This document shows positions 11,307-20,575 of a stretch of 64,000 nt of DNA, in pieces. The DNA is from a bacterium. GTDB lineage: Bacteria; Bacteroidota; Ignavibacteria; UBA10030. Each line of letters begins with the position of its first letter. Position 1 is the stretch's first letter. The stretch is taken from contig JAZDJN010000061.1 in the NCBI GenBank assembly GCA_043803945.1, forward strand, positions 83,182 to 147,181, given 5' to 3'. Made by a program: the position numbers and the translations under genes. A model generated the notes under the pieces. That model was not told the DNA's origin. It did not search any database and was given only the letters and a program-made list of their open reading frames with translations.

Positions 11307-11657
11307 AGGGGATCCCTTTCGAAACTTGAATCAAATTAGCATTGTATACGTTGCCTGCAGATTTACCTACACGATCTAATTGTCAACCTGATATTAACTA
11401 GTCGTTCACCAATTCTTTATAGTATGGTAAATATCCAATTATACCTTTTATCTTGGGATACATATCCTAAATATATTTCACATTTTTCAAACAAAAAACC
11501 CGCCTGACGTACGCTGATTTCACGCCCCACGGGTTCATTACTGCTGGTTTCACTCTCCTCTGTTCGGCAATGCGTTGGCAATGTAGCCGAATGTGAGAGG
11601 AAAATCAATATATATTGAGAATGCGTATTTGGTTTGAGTCTCTAGCACATGTGCGTC

Positions 11658-12155
11658 TTAGAGTGCACAACCCCACTGCTGCAGAATTTCTTTGATTTGT
11701 TCGATGAACTGAGGAAGCGCTGCTTCAATCTGTTCACTCAGCGATTCCGAGAGTACCGTTGAGTCCTCTATTTCGATGGCCAGTATCCGGATCTCCGAGG
11801 GGAGCTTCATCTCCAATCGTTTTGCCAGGAGCAGAAGATCTGGAAGCCCCGCATTTTGAGGAGAGTTGGATATCCGATAGGCGTACTCCTCATGAGAAAA
11901 CTGGACAACAGAACCCGGCTTATAGTCACCGATCTTGATTGCATCGAGAAGAAGAACCTTGTTGTATCCCTCTATCGATTCGAGGAGAGAAAAATTCAGA
12001 ACCGGCATCTCGTCAATTTCAAATCCGGTTCGATTATTTTGTTTGACAGCACGGGCAGCTTTCACTGTCACGCCTTCATCTCCCAACAGCTCGTTTCCTC
12101 GTGCGAGTATCAAAATTGAATAATTATTCGGGTTCATCAGATCTTCAGAGATCAC
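11658..12155 (-). CDS. Hydrogenase maturation protease, divergent, probably for MvhA
   Basis: GNELLGDEG, LLDAI and SLSEQIEAALP motifs; directly downstream of mvhA. Confidence 0.78.
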   Translation of the reverse strand: MISEDLMNPNNYSILILARGNELLGDEGVTVKAARAVKQNNRTGFEIDEMPVLNFSLLESIEGYNKVLLLDAIKIGDYKPGSVVQFSHEEYAYRISNSPQNAGLPDLLLLAKRLEMKLPSEIRILAIEIEDSTVLSESLSEQIEAALPQFIEQIKEILQQWGCAL

Positions 12156-12200
12156 AAACTAAGTGAACATGTAGTCAGTGAAACGATCGTGAATTATGGT

Positions 12201-12232
12201 AAATAAAACGGGGGCATTGGTGTGCCCCCGTT
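12201..12232 (-). terminator. Intrinsic terminator after mvhA
   Basis: AACGGGGGCA-TTGGTG-TGCCCCCGTT hairpin; the A-run on its left is the U-tract on the minus strand. Confidence 0.7.
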
Positions 12233-12264
12233 GAACTGCTGTGCCGGAAAAAATTCAAAATCTA

Positions 12265-13788
12265 TTACCGGCAAATTTCTTGCAGGACATTCCCTCGTTC
12301 ATCTCGCAGGGTTATCACAAGCGGCATTTCTCCGGGCAACGAGTGTGTTGCACATGCATTGCATGGATCGTATGCACGAAATGCCATCTCAATCATATTG
12401 AGCAAACCATCATTCACTATACCGCCATGAATAAGTCCCTTCGCCGCTTTCTCCACGCTCATGGCAATACGGGCTGAATTGTTTTGTGTTGCAACAATCA
12501 GGTTTGCTTTTGTGATGAGACCCTTTTCATCCGTCTCATAATGATGATACAGAGTGCCGCGCGGTGCTTCCACCACACCGACTCCCATACGCGGAGTTGC
12601 CGTTGGGATCGTTCGGATTTCTTTACTGGTGATCTCGGGATCGTTGGCAAGCTCGACCATCTTCTCCGCGGCCTGAATCATCTCCACAACGCGTGCCCAG
12701 TGATTTGCCAGCGTATGATGAACCGGTTTGCCTCCAAGCACTTTGAAGTATTCTTCATACGCTTTTTGCGCGATCGGAGTTGCCATGCCATCGGCAGCAT
12801 TCAGCCGGGCCAATGGTGCAACGGAATAGACTCCACTTTCCGCTCCTTCGATGAAACCTTTCCAGCCGACTTTTTTCAAGTAACAGAACTTCACATAGCT
12901 CCATGGTTCCACATGCTCCGCGATGTGTTCAAGGTACTCCTGCGGTTTGAATTTTGCGAACTTCTTCCCCGAAGGATCGACGACACGAATTTTTCCGTCG
13001 TAGAAGTCTACCTGGTTGTTATCATTCACCAATCCCATGTAGTATGTCTTGTGTGTGTATGTATCAGACGTAATCAACTTGACATACTCAGGATTTTTCA
13101 GAACGATATCGTTGAAGACCTGCAGCGTAAATTGTGCAAACTCCAAGCCATCTTTCGCCAGTTCCTTCAATTTTGGCAGTTCCTCAGGAGCGATCCCTTT
13201 TGCCACACCGCCGGGGAGGCCAAAGACCGGATGGATCACCTTCCCGCCGGCATAAGTAATAAAATCGCGGAGACGATGCCGCATGGAGATGACCTTCTTT
13301 CCTACTTCGATCCCTACTTTGTTGATGACACCGAGAACGTTGCGCATCTCCTTCGGAGCTGTCGGCCCAACGATGAAATCGGGGCCGCCGAGAATGTACA
13401 CGTGCAGTGCATGATCCTCCAGGTAGAATGTATTATAAATGAGGTCACGAATTTTTCTTCCCGCTGATGGCGGTTCAACCTTATAGAGATCGTCGAGTGC
13501 TTTCGTTCCCGCCATGTGATGCGCCGTAGGACATACACCGCAGATGCGGCTGGTGATTTGAGGCATATCTTCTGCAGGCCGACCAAGGGAAAATATTTCA
13601 AATCCACGGAGCTCAGGAATTTGGTAGAATGCCTTCTTCACCTCTCCCTGTTCATCCAGGATAATGTCGATCTTGCCATGCCCTTCCAGGCGTGTAATTG
13701 GATCGATGGTGACTCTTCTTGAATTCATATACGAAGCATTGGCTTTTGCCTGTGCTTCATTCCATGTGGTTTGTATGTTCTGTTCCAT
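12265..13788 (-). CDS. mvhA: Group 3c Hdr-linked [NiFe]-hydrogenase large subunit
   Basis: RLEGHGK, RICGVCPTAH and DPCNACATH; downstream of hdrCBA-mvhDG. Confidence 0.9.
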   Translation of the reverse strand: MEQNIQTTWNEAQAKANASYMNSRRVTIDPITRLEGHGKIDIILDEQGEVKKAFYQIPELRGFEIFSLGRPAEDMPQITSRICGVCPTAHHMAGTKALDDLYKVEPPSAGRKIRDLIYNTFYLEDHALHVYILGGPDFIVGPTAPKEMRNVLGVINKVGIEVGKKVISMRHRLRDFITYAGGKVIHPVFGLPGGVAKGIAPEELPKLKELAKDGLEFAQFTLQVFNDIVLKNPEYVKLITSDTYTHKTYYMGLVNDNNQVDFYDGKIRVVDPSGKKFAKFKPQEYLEHIAEHVEPWSYVKFCYLKKVGWKGFIEGAESGVYSVAPLARLNAADGMATPIAQKAYEEYFKVLGGKPVHHTLANHWARVVEMIQAAEKMVELANDPEITSKEIRTIPTATPRMGVGVVEAPRGTLYHHYETDEKGLITKANLIVATQNNSARIAMSVEKAAKGLIHGGIVNDGLLNMIEMAFRAYDPCNACATHSLPGEMPLVITLRDERGNVLQEICR

Positions 13789-13852
13789 TCAAAGGTACTC
13801 CGAAGTGCTTGTTCGATCTACTATTGTTCGCTTGAGAATCCTCAATCGCTTT

Positions 13853-13984
13853 ACCACTGATGACACACCGATTTACCCCGTTATTTGCGGTTGAATTAAA
13901 AAATGCGCCAAATCTTTTGGAGCTTGGACCCCCAAGGTCAATCTTTATTTTTTCATCGGTGCTCATCTGTGTGCCATCCGTGGT
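13853..13984. repeat. About 130-bp element with imperfect terminal inverted repeats (MITE/REP-like)
   Basis: Left end is ACCACTGATGACACACCGAT; the right end reads ACCACGGATGGCACACAGAT on the minus strand. The first 15 nt recur exactly at 63765-63779. Confidence 0.6.
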
Positions 13985-13999
13985 GAGAAAAGCGATTGA

Positions 14000-14635
14000 C
14001 TACTTTCTATCACTGGGCAGCAACGTTCGTCTCACGGGATGCCGGAGAATCGTTTTCAATTGTTCCGGTTTCGACCGGCGCGGGTCGCCGAGATAAATCT
14101 CATGATGCCTGCCATGCAATTCCAGATTTCGCTCCTCGACAGCATGGTGGAGTCGTACAATCGTTGCTGCTTCTGTCGAGTACGGGCCAATGTGAAGGAG
14201 TTGTGCCGAGAGCCCCTCGCTATAGCTCGCCATCCTGATGCTGCCCAGCGAGGGAAGATCTTTTTTCTCTTTCGCGGCCTTCATCGTTTTCTTCACATCG
14301 CTCTTCGTCACTACCGATGGCATGAGAGTCATCAGCGTCCAGCACCACTCGGACCTTCGGGCAATATCGAACGGTGAATCATCTTTCATCCACCATATTC
14401 CCTCCAGCGCCATTACCGGAAAATCGATTTGCTTCTCCCGCTTGAAGGAAAACTTCAAAGTATACGCAAGCGCATAGAGTGATTGTATGGCATTCTGAAA
14501 GAGGTGCGATTCCGGCTCACCCACACCATCGATCATTAGAAAGGGAAGTTTTGGGACTTCAATAAATTCGACTTCTTTTGCTGTTGACGAATAGAGTGCT
14601 TTGAATTCTTTCTTCATGTCAAGCTTTTTCATCAC
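14000..14635 (-). CDS. GyrI-like small-molecule-binding domain protein
   Basis: FLMIDGVGEP, LEGIWW, LHIGPY and HHEIYLGDPRR...LKTILRHP family motifs. Confidence 0.85.
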   Translation of the reverse strand: MMKKLDMKKEFKALYSSTAKEVEFIEVPKLPFLMIDGVGEPESHLFQNAIQSLYALAYTLKFSFKREKQIDFPVMALEGIWWMKDDSPFDIARRSEWCWTLMTLMPSVVTKSDVKKTMKAAKEKKDLPSLGSIRMASYSEGLSAQLLHIGPYSTEAATIVRLHHAVEERNLELHGRHHEIYLGDPRRSKPEQLKTILRHPVRRTLLPSDRK

Positions 14636-15084
14636 GTTGGGACCTTTCTGAAAAGTTTTGCAAACCAGCGATGCACAGCATGCCCTCCGGTGATCGGTTC
14701 AAGAAACATGAAGATGCAATGATGATGGATCACTTGAATCTTCTTCTCGCGGCAAAAGTTGAGAATGCTTTCAGATTCTGTCCCCTGTTGCAGCCAGATG
14801 TACGGGATGCCCAGTGTGGACGAATCCTGAACGACCTTCTCAGCTTCGTGCGGCGGCACGAGGACTACAACAGCATCGATTTGATGAGGGATGCTTTTAA
14901 GATCCGGGTAGCATGGATCTTGTTCAACTTTTTCAGCCCGTGAGTTCACCGGGTAAACTTCAAATCCTTTGGCTTTCATCTCACGATACACCGCGGAGCT
15001 GAATTTTTTCGGATTACGGGATACACCCACAACAGCATACCGTTTCTGTTTGAAGAAGTCATCGATGACCTGCTTTGTTATCAT
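14632..15084 (-). CDS. CoA-binding protein (YccU-like Rossmann fold)
   Basis: AVVGVSRNPKK, YPVN and IWLQQG. The start is placed at ATG 15084 because the upstream ORF extension runs through a palindromic element. Confidence 0.85.
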   Translation of the reverse strand: MITKQVIDDFFKQKRYAVVGVSRNPKKFSSAVYREMKAKGFEVYPVNSRAEKVEQDPCYPDLKSIPHQIDAVVVLVPPHEAEKVVQDSSTLGIPYIWLQQGTESESILNFCREKKIQVIHHHCIFMFLEPITGGHAVHRWFAKLFRKVPT

Positions 15085-15110
15085 GATTACTAAGGTTGAC
15101 CCTTTTATTA

Positions 15111-15268
15111 AGGGGTTGAAACCCCTGTTAATATTTACTTGATTTTGGTTGCCACGCCCTAAAGGACGTGGCACTTCCCCCGACCTTCCCGCCAGACCCA
15201 CAGCGTCTGTCGGGCTGGCAGGTCGGGGATAGATAGAATATAATAAAAACATCTATGGGCTTTAGCCC
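15111..15268. repeat. Cluster of four palindromes (REP/MITE-like)
   Basis: AGGGGTT-GA-AACCCCT (15111-15126), GCCACGCCCTAAAGGACGTGGC (15151-15172), nested hairpin CCCCGACCT...AGGTCGGGG (about 15177-15229) and GGGCTTTAGCCC (15257-15268). Confidence 0.7.
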
Positions 15269-15297
15269 TTGTTAAATTTGGCGTCAACTTAAAATGA

Positions 15298-16221
15298 TTA
15301 ATTATTCTTTAAGTCCACTTTTCTGCGGAGAAGGGATTTCGGCAATCCATAGCGATAGAATGTACCGACCGGGTCCGGTATGGTTGCCAGTGTCGCATCA
15401 GCACCTGCATCATCCTTCGCACTTATTTGGGAAGCGAGAGCAGAAAGGATCTTCGCTCCTTGATCTTTTACTCGGGATGTCGGTCCGAAACACCCGGTGC
15501 AAGGCATGTTACCAGCCGTGCATGATCCTCCGCAGCCTCCGCGTGTGGCAGGCCCCATGCAGACAATTCCTTGAGCCAGCAAACAGAGGTTCGGATCGAT
15601 TTGCGTCCAATGCGGACGTTTGAATTCTGTGAAAGCAAGATCCGAAGGCTTTGAATCTTTCTTGGAACACTCCTCGCACATCGCTATGTCAGGAGCGAGC
15701 ACTGTGCCTTTGGGCGGCAGCGTACCGGAAAGCAACGTCTCGAGTGCCGCCTTCAAGAGTTTTGGTACGGGCGGGCAGCCGGGCAGATAGTAATCGACAT
15801 CGATTACCTGATCGAGTGCCCGGACCAGATTGCGAAATTCAGGGAGTGTGACCGAAGTTCCATTCAGTTTCAGAGAAGTAGCCGGACGGATTCGATCATC
15901 GTTCACCGTCGAAGGCGATCCTTCATAGACATACTGAAGGATCTGTTCACGGGAGAATTGATTTGCCAATCCCGGAATACCGCCGAGATGAGCACACGAA
16001 CCAAACGCGACGATCACTTTACTCTTCTTCCGGAGCAGATGTGCCATCTCTTCCTGCTCGGAAGTCCGGACTGCACCATTAATCATCGTGCAGAGAATCT
16101 CGCCATCCTTCATTGCTTCAACGTCCGCTCGCTTGAAATCCATCGCAACCGGCCAGAGAACAATGTCGACCGCCGCGACAACCGCCAGGATATCTTCCGC
16201 CAGGTCGACGACCGATTCTTC
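15298..16221 (-). pseudogene. mvhG: Group 3c hydrogenase small subunit, 5'-truncated
   Basis: Homology begins abruptly at EESVVDL and the N-terminal CxxC..GC ligand segment and start codon are missing. GSCAH, PGCPP and the distal Cys clusters are present. Confidence 0.85.
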
Positions 16222-16462
16222 CAATGAGCACGCCATCGGCGCCGTTGGCAAACGCATCGAGGATAAATTGCGGGTCAATACGCCCCGAGCACATCACGCG
16301 AATGATGCGGAAGTAGGGGGCATGTTTCAACCGGGATACGCCAGCGAGATCTGCAGCCGTGTAGGTGCACCAATTACAAAAGAAGGCAACGATTCTCGGC
16401 TGCCAACCATTTGCTGGTCCATTCTGTTGTTCTGCTGTCTGTTGCATACTCTGACTCTCCAT
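16222..16462 (-). pseudogene. mvhD: MvhD/FlpD 2Fe-2S subunit, 3'-truncated
   Basis: [18 protein letters not shown] and GADGVLIG, after which the sequence switches to mvhG in another frame. GCHxGDCHY and the C-terminus are absent. Confidence 0.87.
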
Positions 16463-16507
16463 GTACGTCCTATTCACAATTGACTAATCTAATCACGATT
16501 TTGTGCA

Positions 16508-18541
16508 CTAGTTGCAGCACGCAGCTTCTAACTGCTCCATAGGCATTGTCGCATTCAAGAGACCATAGATCTCGCTGAAGATTTCTTCATCTTCAAACAG
16601 ATTTTGTTTGATCGCACTTGACGGACAGGTCGCCACACACGTTCCGCATCCTTTACACAGCGCCTCATTGATCATGGCTTTCTGTTTTACCTCATCACGG
16701 CTGATGGCATTGTAAGGGCAGATGGTGAGACACGTTTTGCATCCCGAGCATTCTTCCTCGACAACGAATGCCGTATTTGGCTCGAGTTCCACTTCGCCGC
16801 GATCGATGAGCGAGAGTACCTGTGCCGCAGCCGCACCTGCCTGTGCAACACTATCGGGAATATCCTTCGGGCCCTGACATGCCCCGGCGATAAAGACTCC
16901 ATCAGTGAAGGTATCGACTGGTGCAAGCTTTGGGTGACGTTCGAGGAAGAATCCCTCGGTCGAACATGAGATGTTGAAGAGCCGGCGGACATCCTGCGCA
17001 TCGTCATGCGGTTCCATACCGACTGCGAGGACCACCATATCGACCGGGATGCGGCGGACAACGCCGATCATTGTATCTTCCACACGGATTACCAGCTTGC
17101 CCTCTTCTTCCGGACGAGCCGCCCAATCCGTAACCTCCGCTACACGCCCGCGAATAAAGTGCACGTTTTCATCGAGCAGCTTGTCATAGAATTCTTCGTA
17201 CGCTTTCCCTGCTGCCCGAATATCGATATAGAAGTTGTACACCTCAGCATCCGTATGCTCTTTCAGCAAGTGGGCCAGTTTCAGTGAATACATACAGCAT
17301 GTGCGGGAGCACCATCGGTTGGTATTCTTATCCCGCGACCCAACGCAATGGATAATACCGATCGTCTTCGGATGGCGCCCATCGCGGAGAATAATATCGC
17401 CGCCGGTCGGACCGGAGGTATTAACAAGCCGTTCAACTTCGAGCGACTTGTAAACATTCGGGAAGCGGCCATAGCCATAGTACGGTGTTCTTACAGGATC
17501 GAAAGTTTTGAATCCGGTTGCCAGAATAATTGTGCCAACCCGGATTTCTTCAAACTTCGCTTCCTGTTTAAAATCAACCGCCTTCCGGTCACATTTCTCC
17601 GCACAGGTTTTCTTGCATCGTCCTGACTTAAACTCGATGGATGTTTCCGGATCGATGACCACCAATTGCGGTGTGGCCTGAGGAAAGGGAATATAGATTG
17701 GTTTCCGCTTTGCCAGGCCCTGATTGAATTCATCAGGATACTTCCCTTCTTTGTAGACACAAGCTTCGATACACTCCATGCAGCCAACGCATAACTCTTC
17801 ATTGATATAGCGCGGTTTTCGCTTCACGCCAATTGTGAAGTTACCAACATACACTTCTACTTTTACGACTTTGAAGTATGACCAGAGTGTAATGTTGGGG
17901 TAATTTTTTACGTGCGACATTTTTGGAGTGAGAATGCAGGCTGCGCAGTCCAGGGTCGGGAATGTCTTGTCGAACATAGCCATATGGCCGCCAATTGTCG
18001 CTTCGCGCTCCACGAGGAAGACCTTCTTACCGGCATTGGCAAGCGTGAGAGCAGCATGAATACCGGCAATACCGCCGCCCACGATAAGAACATCAGGATG
18101 AATCTTGACAGTCTTTGGCACCAGCGGCTTATGATGATAGACCCTCTGCACAGCCGCACGTGTAAGATCCATCACCTTCAGAGTTGCTTCCTGGGGATCT
18201 TCATGAACCCAGGAGACGTTTTCACGGATGTTCACCATCTGAAAGAAGAATGGATTCAATCCTCCTTTTTCTGTCGCCTTCCGGAACGTCTGTTCATGCA
18301 GTAACGGTGAGCAAGAGGCAACGACGTTACGATTCAGTCTTTGATCGCGGATGTCAGACTGGATCAACTCCTGACCGGGATCCGAACACATATATTTATA
18401 TTCGCGTGAAACAACCACTCCGGGAAGCTTTGCAACATATTCAGCAACCGCTTTTACATTGACCTTGCCGGCAATATTGTGTCCGCAATGGCACACGGAA
18501 AATCCGATTCGGATTGCTCCGTTTGATTTTATCTCAGACAT
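16508..18541 (-). CDS. hdrA: Heterodisulfide reductase FAD/Fe-S subunit A (open frame, possibly degenerate)
   Basis: CHCG, GGGIAG, KTFPTLDCAAC, CVGSRD..CSRTCC, GACQGPKDI and C-terminal ferredoxin motifs. Confidence 0.93.
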   Translation of the reverse strand: MSEIKSNGAIRIGFSVCHCGHNIAGKVNVKAVAEYVAKLPGVVVSREYKYMCSDPGQELIQSDIRDQRLNRNVVASCSPLLHEQTFRKATEKGGLNPFFFQMVNIRENVSWVHEDPQEATLKVMDLTRAAVQRVYHHKPLVPKTVKIHPDVLIVGGGIAGIHAALTLANAGKKVFLVEREATIGGHMAMFDKTFPTLDCAACILTPKMSHVKNYPNITLWSYFKVVKVEVYVGNFTIGVKRKPRYINEELCVGCMECIEACVYKEGKYPDEFNQGLAKRKPIYIPFPQATPQLVVIDPETSIEFKSGRCKKTCAEKCDRKAVDFKQEAKFEEIRVGTIILATGFKTFDPVRTPYYGYGRFPNVYKSLEVERLVNTSGPTGGDIILRDGRHPKTIGIIHCVGSRDKNTNRWCSRTCCMYSLKLAHLLKEHTDAEVYNFYIDIRAAGKAYEEFYDKLLDENVHFIRGRVAEVTDWAARPEEEGKLVIRVEDTMIGVVRRIPVDMVVLAVGMEPHDDAQDVRRLFNISCSTEGFFLERHPKLAPVDTFTDGVFIAGACQGPKDIPDSVAQAGAAAAQVLSLIDRGEVELEPNTAFVVEEECSGCKTCLTICPYNAISRDEVKQKAMINEALCKGCGTCVATCPSSAIKQNLFEDEEIFSEIYGLLNATMPMEQLEAACCN

Positions 18542-19433
18542 GGACGTTCTCTCCCTTCTTCACATCACTATGCTCATAGTGTGGCGGAATAAACAGGCGC
18601 TGCATACCAAGCTTTTTTTCTGATACGCCTAAAGCGATTCCGAGCAATTGAGTGAAATAGGCAATGGGGAGATTCAGATTCTCATCAAAGTTCCGATTGA
18701 TTCGAGGTTGATAGCATTCCAGATTATGCTGGCAGAGAGGGCAACAGGTGAGCATGATATCTGCACCGCGCTTCGTCGCCTCTCTCAGAAGCGATCGGTT
18801 CAATCGCAGTCCAGCTTCCTGGATTGTGCCTGTTAAGCTGCCTCCGCAGCTGCGGGTTTTCATCGGCCAATCAAGCGGTTCCGCACCGATGGCTTATACC
18901 AGAGAATCCATCGTGGTCGGAAAATATGGATCGTCGAATGTCTTAAATGGTCGCACAACCTGGCAGCCGTAGTAACAAGCTACCTTGAATCCTTTCAAGG
19001 GAAGTTTAACTTTTTTTGCTATGCGGTCAATACCGTAATCATTCATCAACACATCCAGAGGGTGGCGCACTTTTGTTTTCCCCTGATAATGCAGATCGGC
19101 TTTAGCCAGTGCGGCGGTAACCTCTTTATTCACTTCAGGGTATGATTCGAGATAACGCTGGGTTTTCGTGAGAACGAGGAAGCAGGCACTGCTTGGTGCA
19201 ACAAGATCAGTTTGACCATTTGTTTGTTGTTGTTCTGCCAGAACCAGGTTGCGCGCAGCAAGGGAAAATGCCTCCATTTCATCGATGGACACATAGGCTG
19301 TAGCGCCGCAGCAATTCCAGTCCTTTAATTCCGTAAGCTCAATTTCAAGTGCTTCAAAGACCGCGAGCATCGACTCTTCATAAGCTCGTCCGGTGCTTCT
19401 GAGTGAACATCCCGGGTAATAGAGGTATTTCAT
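18534..19433 (-). pseudogene. hdrB: Heterodisulfide reductase subunit B with an in-frame stop
   Basis: YYPGC, WNCCG, YYGCQ and CCPLCQ motifs. An in-frame TAA at 18894-18896 joins the two ORF-track pieces, and PSSAC and RSCG replace the expected PCSAC and RCCG. Confidence 0.9.
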
Positions 19434-20080
19434 TTTCCATTCCCTCCTTTCGCCGGTTCGAGGGAGGCCATTATTTTCTGCAGTTGATCTATTTTTTGAA
19501 TTCTTTCTCTCTTCAATGTCATCCGTCCGCGGAGGAAGAGCTTTATGCCGAGAATTGCTTCCTTGATCATGACAAATGGATTGGTGCGAAGATAAAGTCG
19601 AACGAGGAGCCAACTCTCAGTGTTTCGTCCGTTGCGCTTGATCATGCCATAGAATTCCTGTGCAAGCACCGGAATTGGTAATTGCCTCGGAAAAACCCCA
19701 TGACTGATGGCATCACGTTTTAACGTGTACATCACATCAGTAATGTGAATCTGCCGTGGACATTGCACGGAGCAGGAATAGCAAGAGGCGCAGAGCCAGA
19801 TGGTGAGACTATTGAGCACTTCTTCTTTAAAACCTTCGCGTATCATCGCGATGATTTTTCTTGGCGTATAATCCATATAGTGGCTGAGCGGGCATGTGGC
19901 ACTACACGTTCCACATTGGATACAACTGAGCAGCTTCTGGCCATACGCCTTGTCGGCAATTGCTTCGCCGAATCCAAGGTCTAATTCTGATTCGTACTTG
20001 ATCCGACGCACAACTTTTTTCATCGGCTCAATACGCATCGATCTTCTGGGTGTGACTGGTGGCGGGGATGGGAGACTCAT
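19430..20080 (-). CDS. hdrC: Heterodisulfide reductase subunit C
   Basis: CIQCGTCSATCP and CASCYSCSVQCP; AGGAGG ribosome-binding site upstream; stop overlaps the hdrB ATG. Confidence 0.92.
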   Translation of the reverse strand: MSLPSPPPVTPRRSMRIEPMKKVVRRIKYESELDLGFGEAIADKAYGQKLLSCIQCGTCSATCPLSHYMDYTPRKIIAMIREGFKEEVLNSLTIWLCASCYSCSVQCPRQIHITDVMYTLKRDAISHGVFPRQLPIPVLAQEFYGMIKRNGRNTESWLLVRLYLRTNPFVMIKEAILGIKLFLRGRMTLKRERIQKIDQLQKIMASLEPAKGGNGK

Positions 20081-20575
20081 CCTGTAATCCTCCTGATTAT
20101 CTGTTTTTCAAGGCCAGATCTTCCGCAAAAGTCGAGGAAAGTGAGAATCTCCAAAACAATGGAAAAATAGTATGAAAGTATATGTAGTAAGGAAAGGCAT
20201 TATGTCCAAGTTTGGGTGATTCAAAAAACTAACTCGTACAACTATTCTTGCGAAGCGTAATCTCGGGAGGTTGTCTGAAATCTTCCGCACGTGTTCGACT
20301 CTCTGCGATAAGGATTGGTCTTGAGTCTGTTTCAATTTGGAGAAAAGCAAATCGGTAAAATAACTTCAAGGATTGTACCATTACGCGAATGGTCAAATCA
20401 AAAAAATTGAAGCACTTAGCACAAAAAGATTTTGAAAAATCCCCAAATATGAAATGGAGCATTCCCAAGTATGAGGAGAGGATTAATCTTGAAGAATGAC
20501 CTTCTGTTGCGTGCAAGAGTGATACTGAAGTAAGGATATCGTATCGAAGAGTTCAACTGTCCAAGACGTACTTGT

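Noticed and set aside
12484-13467. 327-aa plus-strand ORF and the many other antisense ORFs in the track
   Set aside because: They are shadows of well-supported minus-strand genes and have no recognisable motifs.
15085-15252. N-terminal extension of the CoA-binding protein
   Set aside because: It is a translation of the palindrome cluster; family similarity starts at Met 15084.
16118-16278. Programmed frameshift producing an MvhD-MvhG fusion
   Set aside because: Essential Cys ligands of both proteins are missing at the junction, which fits a deletion, and no slippery run is evident.
18894-18896. Selenocysteine or pyrrolysine recoding of the hdrB internal stop
   Set aside because: The codon is TAA, not TGA or TAG; it is not at a Cys position; and other lesions accompany it.
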